A stretch of DNA of 64,000 nucleotides from Deltaproteobacteria bacterium HGW-Deltaproteobacteria-19 (GCA_002841865.1 PHBD01000006.1:39883-103882); one strand, 5' to 3'; counted from the stretch's first letter, positions 1 through 9,717 are shown. Notes: a model not told the origin generated them from the letters alone. A program made the numbers and translations.

Positions 1-50
1 CGATTTCACGGCAATAGCGGAGAAAGGAAGACTTCATCGATACCGGGTCG

Positions 51-91
51 GGAAAAGGGAACCGGCGCGGATTCGAGACCCGCGCCGGTTC
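51..91 (-). terminator. Rho-independent terminator downstream of cstA
   Basis: Perfect 12-bp inverted repeat GAACCGGCGCGG (59-70) / CCGCGCCGGTTC (80-91) with a 9-nt loop. On the minus strand it is followed by CCCTTTTCC (58-51), about 30 nt after the cstA stop. Confidence 0.7.
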
Positions 92-121
92 GACGTTCAA
101 AGGATGGTTGTCAACGCGTTC

Positions 122-1897
122 CTACTTCTTCCCCGACTTCGCGAAGTCGACGATGAAGAGGATGTTCAAGAGCAGCATGATCCCCATGATGATCTGGACC
201 GTCCAGCCCGGGCCGGGTTGCTTCGCGATGGCCCCGGGCATGACGACGTACATGAACCAGATGATCGCCGCCGTGACGGTGAACCAGAGGATCCAGGCGG
301 GCACCGTGGCCATGATGGCGAACTTGGAATGCAGTTTCTTGGAAGCATAGGCCGCGCCGGTCATGAGGGCGATGGACGCGATGAGCTGGTTGGCTGCGCT
401 GAAGGACGGCCAGAGGATGGTGAACTGATTGCTCCAGGCCAGGTAGATGCCGATGGCCGCCGGGATCAGGGAGGCGGTCCAGCGGAAGGTGAGGGCGTTG
501 TAGAGAACCTCCGCCTTGTTCTTCAGGGGCTGCAGCATCTCGACGAGGCAGTACCGGGCGAGCCGGTTCGTCGTGTCGAGGGTCGTCAGCGCGAAGGCGG
601 AGATCCACAGCCCCGCGATGATCTTGACGATCTTCACGGGGATGAAGGCCAGGAACGTGGCCGCTACCATGTCGGAGAAGCACTGGACGATCATGTTCGG
701 CGGCGAAAGTTTCAGCGCACCGGTCGTCTTTGTGTAGAGGTCCCCCCAATTGTCCAGGGTCAGGGCCAGGGTCGGGGCCGTGAAGGCGGCGCCCGCTGCG
801 GCGGCCTTGGCGGCTTCGGCGGCCGCCTGGGCGGCGTGGGCGTTCTGGATGGCCGTGTAGCCGAACCCGCCGATGGCGCAAATGATCACCGTCGAGAGGA
901 ACCCTTCCGTGAACATGGCGCCGTACCCCACGAAGAGGCCGTCACTCTCCTTGGAGAGCTGCTTGGACGATGTTCCCGATGCGACCAGGGAGTGGAAGCC
1001 CGAGAGGGAGCCGCAGGCGATGACCAGGGGGATGGCAGGCCAGAAGGGTGTCGGCTTGCCCCCAAGCAGGATCGGGGAGAACGTGGTGACCATAGGGTAC
1101 TCGAAGCCCCGGAAGCTCACCACGGCGGCGATGAACCCGATGGCGATGCCGAAGTAGAGAAGGAACGAGTTCATGTAGTCGCGGGGTTGGAGGAGGATGT
1201 TTACCGGGATGGCCGCGGCGATGATGATGTAGACGAAGAGAACCACCATCCAGACCTCGTAGCTGCCCGGAATGGGGATCTCCGATCCCAGCCAGATGGC
1301 GAGGGCCATCAGCACGATGCCGATGACCGTTGCCCCGGGCAGGTTCATCTTCACCCGGTAGATCAGGGCTCCCAGGATGAGGGCGGCGATGGTCATGTAG
1401 ATGGAGGCCCCGGAGATCTCCGGCGTTTTCGCGAACATCAGGCCGATGATGTTGGCAAAGGCCGCCACGACCAGGATCAGCAGGAAGAAGACGATCCAGT
1501 AGAAGGCCGTTCCCGTTCGTTTCGAGATCAGGTCGGTGGCCACGAACTGGACGGACTTGCCGTCGTAGCGCACCGAGGCCATCAGGGCCAGGTAGTCGTG
1601 GACGGAGCCGATCAGGACGTTGCCGATCCAGACCCACAGGAGGCCCGGAAGCCATCCCCAGCAGAGGGCCATGGCCGGTCCGACGAGCGGTCCCGCACCG
1701 GCGATCGAGGAAAAGTGATGCCCGAAGAGGACCGCCTTATGGGCGGGGATATAGTCCACGCCGTCGTAAAGGCGCTGTGAGGGCGTCGCGTTCTCGTCCG
1801 ACGCCCGGACCACGTCCCGTTCAATCTTTTTCCCGTACGTGAAGTAAAGACCGACGTAAATGAGAAAACCAATGATGATGATCACAGTGGTGGTCAT
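122..1897 (-). CDS. cstA: CstA-family carbon starvation / pyruvate-peptide transporter
   Basis: 591-aa polytopic membrane ORF. The N-terminal block 'DGVDYIPAHKAVLFGHHFSSIAGAGPLVGP' and the overall layout match the CstA family. Confidence 0.9.
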   Translation of the reverse strand: MTTTVIIIIGFLIYVGLYFTYGKKIERDVVRASDENATPSQRLYDGVDYIPAHKAVLFGHHFSSIAGAGPLVGPAMALCWGWLPGLLWVWIGNVLIGSVHDYLALMASVRYDGKSVQFVATDLISKRTGTAFYWIVFFLLILVVAAFANIIGLMFAKTPEISGASIYMTIAALILGALIYRVKMNLPGATVIGIVLMALAIWLGSEIPIPGSYEVWMVVLFVYIIIAAAIPVNILLQPRDYMNSFLLYFGIAIGFIAAVVSFRGFEYPMVTTFSPILLGGKPTPFWPAIPLVIACGSLSGFHSLVASGTSSKQLSKESDGLFVGYGAMFTEGFLSTVIICAIGGFGYTAIQNAHAAQAAAEAAKAAAAGAAFTAPTLALTLDNWGDLYTKTTGALKLSPPNMIVQCFSDMVAATFLAFIPVKIVKIIAGLWISAFALTTLDTTNRLARYCLVEMLQPLKNKAEVLYNALTFRWTASLIPAAIGIYLAWSNQFTILWPSFSAANQLIASIALMTGAAYASKKLHSKFAIMATVPAWILWFTVTAAIIWFMYVVMPGAIAKQPGPGWTVQIIMGIMLLLNILFIVDFAKSGKK

Positions 1898-2211
1898 GCG
1901 CGACCTCCTTTCCAGAACAACGGGCTATGCCCGGAAGACTTGTTACGCCGCTGGATTCCCGGTCGCGCTCCACCTCCGAGCAGGAATACCGGGAACCGGC
2001 GGCCCGAAGAATAATGAATTGCTCGAAAAAACTACTCTCCCGCGGCCCCGCAGTCAAATGATTTTTTCCCTATCGGCACTCTCACCAGGTATTTCATCAC
2101 TAGTTAATCCGTGTCCTTGTTTTACCCTCCCGTTCACTTCCGGAAGTCCGTATCCCGGTTTTTTCAGCAGACGAGATGATGAAATTCCGGTGGCCATTTT
2201 CGAAAAAAATA

Positions 2212-2239
2212 TTGACATCCGAAACACCGGTAGTACTGT
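2212..2239 (+). promoter_or_regulatory. Candidate sigma70 promoter for the XRE-cupin/OFOR operon
   Basis: TTGACA (2212-2217), 16-nt spacer, TACTGT (2234-2239), about 65 nt upstream of the ATG at 2304. A perfect 10-bp palindrome TTTTCGAAAA (2197-2206) abuts the -35 element. Confidence 0.35.
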
Positions 2240-2303
2240 TTCTTCAAGGGACGCGCTCCGCGTCCTCCCATTCATCCGACCCTCATCGCCATTGAGGTGC
2301 ACC

Positions 2304-2903
2304 ATGAACCAGGAACATGAAGTCGATTCCTCCTTTGAAGGCCTGAAGATCGGCAGCAAGGTCCGGGAGGCGAGGGAGAAAAAATCCCTCACCCTGCAGG
2401 ACCTGGCCGCCAGAACGGGAATGACCCGGGATAGCCTGGAGCAGATCGAGGCCGGCGAACTCGTCCCGCCCGTGGCGACCCTCCTGAAACTCGCCCGGGT
2501 GCTTGGCGTCGGGATGGCGCGCTTCTTCGAGGACGAACAGCCCGTGGCCCGGGTCTCCATCACCCGCCTCGCGGACCGGCACAAGATCGCCCGCCGTCCC
2601 CACCATCACGAAGGGGAAGTGGATTACATCTACGAGGCGCTGGAGACCCGGAAGCCGGAAAAGCACATGGAGCCGCTCTTCGTCGAGTTCCGGCCGCTGG
2701 AGACGGGAGACATGGTCTTCACGTGCCACGACGGCGAGGAGTTCGTCTACGTCCTGGAGGGGCGGCTCGAATTCCGCACCGACGACCGGGTGGAAGCGCT
2801 GTCCCCCGGGGAAGCCCTCTATTTCGATTCCGACCAGAACCACAGTTTCCGGGGCCTCGATGGACGGCCCGCACGGGCGATTGTTGTCGTGTGGGGCCCC
2901 TGA
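2304..2903 (+). CDS. XRE-family HTH regulator with C-terminal cupin domain
   Basis: ATG at 2304 is preceded by GAGGTG (2293-2298). 'LTLQDLAARTGMTRDSLEQIEAGELVPPVATLLKLARVLGV' is an XRE HTH. 'GEEFVYVLEGRLEF...GEALYFDSDQNHSF' is a cupin. Confidence 0.85.
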   Translation: MNQEHEVDSSFEGLKIGSKVREAREKKSLTLQDLAARTGMTRDSLEQIEAGELVPPVATLLKLARVLGVGMARFFEDEQPVARVSITRLADRHKIARRPHHHEGEVDYIYEALETRKPEKHMEPLFVEFRPLETGDMVFTCHDGEEFVYVLEGRLEFRTDDRVEALSPGEALYFDSDQNHSFRGLDGRPARAIVVVWGP

Positions 2904-2919
2904 AGACGGGAGACGGAAC

Positions 2920-3489
2920 ATGGTGGAGATCCGGTTCCACGGCCGTGGCGGCCAGGGGACGGTGGTGCTGACGATCCTCCTGGCCAAGGCCTTCTTCCAG
3001 GCAGGCTGGCAGGTCCAGAGCTTCCCCTTCTTCGGGGTCGAGCGGAGGGGAGCGCCGGTGGAGGCGTACCTCCGGCTGGACCGGGCGAAGATCCTGGCCC
3101 GGACGAACGTCACCACGCCGGACCACGTCGTTGTCCAGGACCAGACCCTCCTGGCGAACATCAGCGTGACCCGGGGACTCAAGCCCGGGGGATGGGTCCT
3201 CCTGAACTGCGCCACCGATCCGGAGGATCTTTCCATTTATGCGGGCCAGCAGCTTGCCTGCGTGGACGCGAGCCGAATCGCTCTCGGTCACCGGCTTGGG
3301 AGCCGGACCGCTCCCATCGTCAACACAGCCATGATGGGGGCCTTTGCCCGCATGTTCGGGGAGCCGCCCATGGAAGCCATCATCGCCGCCATCCGCGAGG
3401 AGGTTCCGGCGGAGCCGGAGCGCAACATCGCCGCCGCCGAGGAAGCCTACCGGGATGTCCGGATCCTCGGCCGGATCCCCGTGTCCTGA
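2920..3489 (+). CDS. porG: 2-oxoacid:ferredoxin oxidoreductase, gamma subunit
   Basis: 'MVEIRFHGRGGQGTVVLTILLAKA' is the typical N-terminus of POR/VOR gamma subunits. It is the first gene of a four-gene OFOR operon. Confidence 0.9.
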   Translation: MVEIRFHGRGGQGTVVLTILLAKAFFQAGWQVQSFPFFGVERRGAPVEAYLRLDRAKILARTNVTTPDHVVVQDQTLLANISVTRGLKPGGWVLLNCATDPEDLSIYAGQQLACVDASRIALGHRLGSRTAPIVNTAMMGAFARMFGEPPMEAIIAAIREEVPAEPERNIAAAEEAYRDVRILGRIPVS

Positions 3490-3507
3490 ACCGACGGAGG
3501 GGAACGC

Positions 3508-5256
3508 ATGAATCGAGAACAGGGCAGGGCCGAGGCGCTGTTTATGCCCCGGTCCTTCACCACCACGGAGAGCAACCTGACGGGCTCGTGGCGGTACATG
3601 CGCCCGCGCTTCGAAGAGAAGACGGCTCCCTGCAGCACCGCCTGTCCCGCCGGAGAAGACATCCCCCGTATCGAGATGCTGACGACCCAAGGCGCCTTCC
3701 GGGAGGCCTGGGAGACCATCCTCATGGAAAACCCCTTCCCGGCGGTCTGCGGGCGGGTCTGCTTCCATCCCTGCGAGGGGTCCTGCAACCGCCGCGGATT
3801 CGATTCGGCGGTGGCGATCCATACCATGGAGCGCTTCCTGGCTGATTCGGCCCTTCGCAACGGATTCCGGTCCGACCTCGGAAAGCTTCAGTCCTGGAAG
3901 GAACGGATCGCCGTTGTCGGCGCCGGCCCCGCCGGCCTCGCCGCGGCCTCGTTCCTGGCCCGTTTGGGCTACGTCGTCCATGTATTCGAGTCCCTTCCGG
4001 AGCCGGGGGGCATCCTCCGCTGGGGGATTCCAGCCTATCGGCTGCCGCCTTCTGCACTCCAGCATGAGATCGCCCGCCTGGCGGGGCTCGGTGTGGAGAT
4101 CCGGACGGACTGCCGGATCGACCCGTCGGGCCTGGAGGCCCTGGAGCGGGACTACGACGCCGTGTTTCTCGGCTGCGGGTTTGGAAAGGACCGGCCGTTG
4201 GGGATTCCAGGGGAAAGGGAGGAGGGAGTCGAGGACGGACTCGCCTTCCTGTCCCGGATCCGCGGTGGCGCGTCACCACGTCTGGAAGGCGTGTCGGTCG
4301 TCGTGGGCGGGGGAAACTCTGCCGTCGACGTGGCTCGGACCGTCGTCCGCCTCGGCGGGCGGGCGGTCATCGCCTACCGGCGCCGCCGGCAGGACATGCC
4401 GGCCTTTGACGAAGAGCTGCAGATGGCCCTGGAGGAAGGGATCGAGCTTCAGGAACTCCTGGCACCGGCGGGGATCGAGCGCCGGGACGGGAAACTCGCG
4501 GTCACGTTCCGACGGATGAAGATCTCCGGCGAGGACGCCGACGGCCGCGGGCGAATCGTTCCGGACGGCGAGGCGAAGCTGGAGATCGAGGCGGATCGCC
4601 TCTTCACGGCTGCCGGCGCCGGTGTCGCCGAGGATTGGCATCGCCCTCCGCAAGAGGAGACGGGCCTCATAAAGCTGAGCCATTCCATCCTCGTTGCTCC
4701 GGAAGGCCGGCCGGTGCGGGCATACGGCGGCGACGCGACGAACGACGTCCAGATGGTCGTCACCGCCGTGGCCTCGGGCAAGCAGGCCGCCCTGGCCCTG
4801 GACGTCCTGTTCCGGGAGGGTCCGGCGGCGATCAGGGAGCGACTTGCCGCCTGCGCCGTCGGTCCCGGGCCGTCCCTGTCCATGGAGATCTACACAGGCG
4901 GTCCCAGGAAACTGCGAACCCGCCACGTCGTCCTGCCGGAGGAGATCAACACGGACTACTTCGCCTTCGAGCCCCGGATCACCCAACCGCGGCTGCTGGT
5001 GGAGGAACGGTCCCGCTCCTTCTCGGAAATCGACCTGAAGATCTCTGCCGGACTGGCCATTCGTGAGGCGGGCCGCTGCTTCAACTGCGGCATCTGCAAC
5101 GGCTGCGACAACTGCTACCTCTTCTGCCCCGACGTATCCATCGCCCGCGGCCACGAGGGAGAGGACCGCCGGATCAACTACGACTACTGCAAGGGGTGCG
5201 GGCTCTGTGTCGTCGAGTGTCCCCGCAACGCCATGACCCTGGAGGGAAAATCATGA
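3508..5256 (+). CDS. Fusion: GltD/NfnB-like FAD-NAD(P)H oxidoreductase + POR delta-type 2x[4Fe-4S] ferredoxin
   Basis: N-terminal Cys region 'AVCGRVCFHPCEGSCNR'. Two Rossmann motifs 'VVGAGPAGLAAA' and 'VVGGGNSAVDVA'. C-terminal 'CFNCGICNGCDNCYLFCP...CKGCGLCVVECP'. The stop overlaps the porA ATG (ATGA at 5253-5256). Confidence 0.8.
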   Translation: MNREQGRAEALFMPRSFTTTESNLTGSWRYMRPRFEEKTAPCSTACPAGEDIPRIEMLTTQGAFREAWETILMENPFPAVCGRVCFHPCEGSCNRRGFDSAVAIHTMERFLADSALRNGFRSDLGKLQSWKERIAVVGAGPAGLAAASFLARLGYVVHVFESLPEPGGILRWGIPAYRLPPSALQHEIARLAGLGVEIRTDCRIDPSGLEALERDYDAVFLGCGFGKDRPLGIPGEREEGVEDGLAFLSRIRGGASPRLEGVSVVVGGGNSAVDVARTVVRLGGRAVIAYRRRRQDMPAFDEELQMALEEGIELQELLAPAGIERRDGKLAVTFRRMKISGEDADGRGRIVPDGEAKLEIEADRLFTAAGAGVAEDWHRPPQEETGLIKLSHSILVAPEGRPVRAYGGDATNDVQMVVTAVASGKQAALALDVLFREGPAAIRERLAACAVGPGPSLSMEIYTGGPRKLRTRHVVLPEEINTDYFAFEPRITQPRLLVEERSRSFSEIDLKISAGLAIREAGRCFNCGICNGCDNCYLFCPDVSIARGHEGEDRRINYDYCKGCGLCVVECPRNAMTLEGKS

Positions 5257-6431
5257 AACGGGTCCTCGAGGGAAGTCATGCCGTGGCCGAGGCGGTTCGG
5301 CTGGCCAGGATCCAGGTCATCTCGGCCTATCCGATCACGCCGCAGACGCATATCGTGGAGATTCTCTCGGACTACTGCGCCTCGGGGAAGATGAACGCCC
5401 GCTTCCTCCGGGTGGAGAGTGAGCACTCCTGCCTGGCGGCCCTGATCGGGGCCCAGAGCACCGGCGTCCGGACCTTCACCGCAACTTCGTCCCAGGGGCT
5501 CGCCCTGATGCACGAGCTTCTGCACTGGGCCTCCGGGGCGCGCCTGCCCATCGTCATGGCGGAGGTGAACCGCGCCCTGGCACCGGGATGGAACATCTGG
5601 ACGGACCAGAGCGACAGCCTGGCCCAGCGGGACACCGGCTGGATGCAGTTCTACTGCGAGGATGCCCAGGAAGTCCTCGACACGATGCTCATGGCCTACC
5701 GCCTGGCGGAGATGGTGAATCTCCCCGCCATGGTGGTCCTGGACGCCTTTTTCCTGTCCCACACCTATGAGCCGGTGGATGTCCCGGAGCAGGAGGAGGT
5801 GGACCGCTTCCTCCCGGCCTACGTGCCGGAGTTTCGCCTGGACACGGCCCACCCTTTCGCCCTGAGCCCCCTGGTGGCGCCGAACGCTTACATGGAGATG
5901 CGCCGGGAGATCGCCGCCGCCATGGATGAGGCGCTGGAGAGGCTGGACTCCGTCGAGGAGAAATTTGCCGGGATCTTCGGCCGCCGTTACGGGGCCGTGG
6001 AGGCTGTCTGCTGCGACGATGCCGACATCGTCCTGGTGACCAGCGGGACGGTGACGAGCACCGCGAGGATTCTCCTGGAGGAGTTGCGGGCGAAGGGGGA
6101 AAAGATCGGTATTCTAAAAATAAAGCTGTTCCGGCCTTTCCCGGTGGAGGCCATCCGCCGGGCCCTGGCGGGGGCAAAAAAGATCGCCGTGGTGGACCGC
6201 AACTTCTCCTTTGGGGCGACGGGGATCTTTGCCCAGGAGCTGCGGGCGGCCCTGTGCAACGTGCCGGATCACCCCCCCGTCTTCGGGTTCATCGCCGGCC
6301 TGGGAGGGCGGGACATCACAACGGAGGTGCTGGCGTCGATTGTCGAACAGACGAAGACCGCCGACGCTCCGCCGGCGGAGAGCATCTGGATCGGGCTGAC
6401 GGAGGCCGCATATGCATTTGGACGTCCTTGA
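5253..6431 (+). CDS. porA: 2-oxoacid:ferredoxin oxidoreductase, alpha subunit
   Basis: 'MKRVLEGSHAVAEAVRLARIQVISAYPITPQTHIVE' is the canonical PorA N-terminus. Protein is 392 aa. Confidence 0.92.
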   Translation: MKRVLEGSHAVAEAVRLARIQVISAYPITPQTHIVEILSDYCASGKMNARFLRVESEHSCLAALIGAQSTGVRTFTATSSQGLALMHELLHWASGARLPIVMAEVNRALAPGWNIWTDQSDSLAQRDTGWMQFYCEDAQEVLDTMLMAYRLAEMVNLPAMVVLDAFFLSHTYEPVDVPEQEEVDRFLPAYVPEFRLDTAHPFALSPLVAPNAYMEMRREIAAAMDEALERLDSVEEKFAGIFGRRYGAVEAVCCDDADIVLVTSGTVTSTARILLEELRAKGEKIGILKIKLFRPFPVEAIRRALAGAKKIAVVDRNFSFGATGIFAQELRAALCNVPDHPPVFGFIAGLGGRDITTEVLASIVEQTKTADAPPAESIWIGLTEAAYAFGRP

Positions 6432-7293
6432 TCAGGAACTGATGTGCTCGGGACATGTCGGCTGCCCGGGGTGCGGCGCCACCATCGCCATGCGCTTCTT
6501 CCTCAAGGCCCTGGGGGAGAAGACCGTCATGGTCCTGCCCGCCTGCTGCTGGTCCGTTATCGCGGGCCCCTATCCCCAGTCGACCCTGAAAATCCCCGTC
6601 ATCCACTCGGCCTTCGAGACGGGGGGCGCCACCGCCAGCGGCGTTCGGGCCGCCCTGGACATGCGGGGCGACAAGGACACGACCGTCGTCACCTGGGCCG
6701 GTGACGGGGGGACCTTCGACATCGGCTTCCAGGCCTTAAGCGGTGCCGTGGAGCGGAACGAGGACTTTATCTACGTCTGCTACGACAACGAAGCTTACAT
6801 GAACACGGGGATCCAGCGGAGCTCCTCGACCCCGTACGGGGCCTGGACGACGACGACCCCCGGGACGGACTGGAAGCGCCTCCGGAAGAAGAATATCGTG
6901 GAGGCCCTGGTGGCGCACCGGATTCCCTACGCGGCGACGGCCAATATCGCCTTCCCGGAGGATCTCGTCCGGAAGGCCCGGAAGGCCAAATCCATCAAGG
7001 GATCGAAGTTTCTCCACATCTTCGCCAGTTGCCCGACGGGCTGGCGGATCCCCTCCGAGATGTCCATCAAGATCGCCCGCATGGCCGTTCAGACGAATAT
7101 CTTCCCCCTTTACGAGGTGGAGGACGGCGTCCGGTACACCATCAACTACAAGCCCCGGGAATACCTGGTGCGGGAGTACTTCAAACTCCAGGGGCGGTTC
7201 CGGCACCTTACGGATCAGGATCTGGACGCGATCCAGGAGATGGTGAACGAGGACTGGCAGCTCCTGCTCCGCAAGGCCGGGGAGCACGCCTGA
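6412..7293 (+). CDS. porB: 2-oxoacid:ferredoxin oxidoreductase, beta (TPP-binding) subunit
   Basis: 'GHVGCPGCG' cluster motif and TPP motif 'WAGDGGTFDIGFQALSG...YDNEAYMNTG'. Overlaps the porA 3' end by 20 nt. Confidence 0.92.
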   Translation: MHLDVLDQELMCSGHVGCPGCGATIAMRFFLKALGEKTVMVLPACCWSVIAGPYPQSTLKIPVIHSAFETGGATASGVRAALDMRGDKDTTVVTWAGDGGTFDIGFQALSGAVERNEDFIYVCYDNEAYMNTGIQRSSSTPYGAWTTTTPGTDWKRLRKKNIVEALVAHRIPYAATANIAFPEDLVRKARKAKSIKGSKFLHIFASCPTGWRIPSEMSIKIARMAVQTNIFPLYEVEDGVRYTINYKPREYLVREYFKLQGRFRHLTDQDLDAIQEMVNEDWQLLLRKAGEHA

Positions 7294-7315
7294 GCGCCGG
7301 GATCGCGGCGATCGT

Positions 7316-8878
7316 TCATTTCCCAGGTTCGGCTTTCGTGGCGGCTGGTAGCGGCTGCAGCGGCTGCGAAGGGGGGGACGCGACGGTCTTCGGTTCCCCT
7401 GTGTAGCCGTCCACTTTTTCAGCCGGCGGATCTCCCGGCAACCGGCCTCCCAGGTCTTTCACCATTTTCCGGAAGGGTCCCGACGACAGGAGCAGCCGCT
7501 CCGCCACGCTGCGGAGGCGGTCCACTTCGACCTCCGGCAGGTAGAGGGAGGTGGGGATGGCCTGGAAGTATTCCCGCTCTGCCGCGTCTCGAAGGAAATC
7601 GAAGCCTACCTCGATGATGTAGAACTCGATGGGCGGCATGCCGGCTGCGCGCAACTCGTCGGACCAGTCCCGTACGTACCGCCTCAGGAGATCGACGGTC
7701 TCGAAGTTGTAGCGGTTGATCATAATGGCGGAAGAGGCCCCGAGGATGGCCCCCAGCCCCGGAACCTCGTCCAGGAGGCGCCACCGGGGCTGCTCCCGGT
7801 TCTCGGCGTTGACGATGATGATGGTCATCCGCCGCACCTTTGTGTACCCCTGTTCCTTGAGGGAGTCTATGATGCCGCCCCGGACCGCCAGGTATTCCAG
7901 GATGCTCCGGAGGCCCAGGTTGTCCGATATTCCGCCGTCCAGGAGATGGATATACGGTTTGTCGTCCCGATCGAGGTAGGTGGCCATGCTCTTTGCCATA
8001 TGGTAGCCGCGGCTGGAAGGATCCGGTTTCTCCAGGGCCTGGGTCATCCATTCGGGGGGCTTCCATCCGCAGTCCCCGGCATAGTTCTTCAGGATCACCG
8101 GGGTGAAGGCGCCCGGAAAGGCCGCTGACGCCGCCACGGCCCGCGAAACGGGGAAGCGCTTCCAGTCTGAGCAGATCAGAGAAAACTGGAGGGTCGAGAA
8201 GGGAAAAACCTGGCCGTTCAGGATGTCCGTCGCCAGGATCATGATGTTGGGCCGGTCGCGCTTTGGGATGTCGCCCAGCGTCGCGCCGTCGAAGAGGATC
8301 TGGTCGTAATATTCCTGCGCCATGTCGCTTCGGCCGAAGCGGGGCGACCAGAGGCGGGCCCAGTTGAGGGGGTTGAGGAAGCCGGCGAGCATGCTGGACT
8401 GGTGGTCCACGAGGAGAAAACGCTCACGGTAGTCCCGGAACATGTCCCTGCCGCGGAGGCCGTAGGTGGCCGCCGTGAAGCTGCCCCCGGAGACGGAGGT
8501 GATCAGGTTGACCTCGTCCAGGAGCGTGTGCCGGTCCGGGCCGCCTTTCCCGGGGATCTCGATGCGGTCGAGGGCCTCCAGGACGCCGTAGGACAGGGAT
8601 GCCGCCCGGGTTCCCCCGCCGGAGAAGGCAAGGACGAGAAACAGGGGGTCGTCCTTTTCCACGACGCCCCGGTGCTGGGGGGCAACGGTCTGCCTCGGAC
8701 CCAGAACGGGGTTCAGGGGGTACTGGGCCGTGCATCCGGCCAGGACTGCCAGAACCAGGAGAACCGAAAGGCAGGTGAGGGGCTGCCGAAAGATGTTTCC
8801 CGGCGGGAGCGTCCAGTTATGGGAGAGGTACCACAGGCGTGGCCGGCGGCGACGAATGTGCAGTTCGGAAAGTTCCAT
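7316..8878 (-). CDS. Patatin-like phospholipase, predicted lipoprotein
   Basis: Oxyanion 'FSGGGTRAAS', nucleophile elbow 'SVSGGS' and catalytic 'DGGISDNLG'. N-terminal 'LLVLAVLAGC' is a lipobox-like signal. Confidence 0.85.
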   Translation of the reverse strand: MELSELHIRRRRPRLWYLSHNWTLPPGNIFRQPLTCLSVLLVLAVLAGCTAQYPLNPVLGPRQTVAPQHRGVVEKDDPLFLVLAFSGGGTRAASLSYGVLEALDRIEIPGKGGPDRHTLLDEVNLITSVSGGSFTAATYGLRGRDMFRDYRERFLLVDHQSSMLAGFLNPLNWARLWSPRFGRSDMAQEYYDQILFDGATLGDIPKRDRPNIMILATDILNGQVFPFSTLQFSLICSDWKRFPVSRAVAASAAFPGAFTPVILKNYAGDCGWKPPEWMTQALEKPDPSSRGYHMAKSMATYLDRDDKPYIHLLDGGISDNLGLRSILEYLAVRGGIIDSLKEQGYTKVRRMTIIIVNAENREQPRWRLLDEVPGLGAILGASSAIMINRYNFETVDLLRRYVRDWSDELRAAGMPPIEFYIIEVGFDFLRDAAEREYFQAIPTSLYLPEVEVDRLRSVAERLLLSSGPFRKMVKDLGGRLPGDPPAEKVDGYTGEPKTVASPPSQPLQPLPAATKAEPGK

Positions 8879-9006
8879 GATTTTTCCCTGGTTTGCTGTG
8901 GGGCGGAAGTATAGGGGACAGGGGCGGGGTCGTCAAGGGGAAGCATTCAATTTCCTTGCCTTTCAACTCTTGATGCCTGTATAGAACTGCGCAAAAAGCG
9001 AAGAGG

Positions 9007-9660
9007 ATGCGGCTCATGGCGATGGACGCGGATACGTTTTCGAAACTGAAGGTCCGGGAGCGGGAGGCGAGGAAATGCCTGATCGTTGACGCCGCGGAGC
9101 GGTCCTTTGCCGCAAAACCCTTCAACAAGGTGAGCATGAGGGATATCGCCCGTGAGGCCGGTATCTCCCCTGCGTCGATCTACCGCTATTTTCCGGACCA
9201 GCAGACCCTCTTCGTGGAGGCCTTTCTCCGGGGCTCCCGCCGCGTCATCGAGTCCTTCCGGCAGGCCGTCGAGGAGAACCAGGGGGTTTCCCTGGAACGC
9301 ATCGCCGGGGAGCTCCTGGACTTCCTGATAGAGAACGATCCCTATTTCCGCATGATGACCCACTTCATGCTCGACGGCTCCCTGAGCCCGGCCCTGGTGG
9401 AACGCCTCAACGAGGAGTCACGCCTGCTCATCGACCAGTTTGACTACCTCTTCGGCAAGATGAACGCTGCCGGCGATCGCCGCCTCCTGGCCCATGCCTT
9501 CTTCTCCGCCATGAACGGCATCCTCATCACGTTCCGCGACTACCCGGGCCGCTCGAAGGAAGAGGTGGTGGAGCACATGAAACTGGTCGGGCGGGTTATT
9601 GCGCGACTCTTTGCCCTCAGCATTGCTTCATCTGACTGGTACCGCGGCCTTTCGGCCTGA
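9007..9660 (+). CDS. TetR/AcrR-family transcriptional regulator
   Basis: 'FNKVSMRDIAREAGISPASIYRYFPDQQTLF' is a TetR HTH. Protein is 217 aa. Confidence 0.9.
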   Translation: MRLMAMDADTFSKLKVREREARKCLIVDAAERSFAAKPFNKVSMRDIAREAGISPASIYRYFPDQQTLFVEAFLRGSRRVIESFRQAVEENQGVSLERIAGELLDFLIENDPYFRMMTHFMLDGSLSPALVERLNEESRLLIDQFDYLFGKMNAAGDRRLLAHAFFSAMNGILITFRDYPGRSKEEVVEHMKLVGRVIARLFALSIASSDWYRGLSA

Positions 9661-9662
9661 GC

Positions 9663-9700
9663 GGGAAAGGGGGACCGATTTCAATCGGTCCCCCTTTCCC
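9663..9700 (+). terminator. 38-nt perfect palindrome (terminator-like hairpin) after tetR
   Basis: GGGAAAGGGGGACCGATT (9663-9680) pairs with AATCGGTCCCCCTTTCCC (9683-9700). It starts 3 nt after the tetR stop and is followed only by a weak T tract (GTCTTTCC). Confidence 0.5.
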
Positions 9701-9717
9701 GTCTTTCCACAAACCGA

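Noticed and set aside
104-1780. 558-aa plus-strand ORF antisense to cstA. Similar long antisense or shadow ORFs include 9850-11502(-), 11291-12781(-), 16991-18589(-), 20956-22350(-), 25801-27228(-), 27655-28830(-), 36711-37814(-), 45570-46916(-), 47812-49215(-), 48830-49936(-), 51788-52876(+), 52886-54019(+) and 62468-63445(-).
   Set aside because: Their translations are Arg/Gly/Pro/His/Asp-rich low-complexity strings with no family motifs. Each lies opposite a gene with clear family signatures. This is the typical open-frame artefact of high-GC DNA.
1860-2303. 148-codon N-terminal extension of the XRE-cupin ORF.
   Set aside because: It has no recognisable domain and contains the promoter-like site at 2212-2239. 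A good RBS precedes the internal ATG at 2304, where the HTH domain starts.
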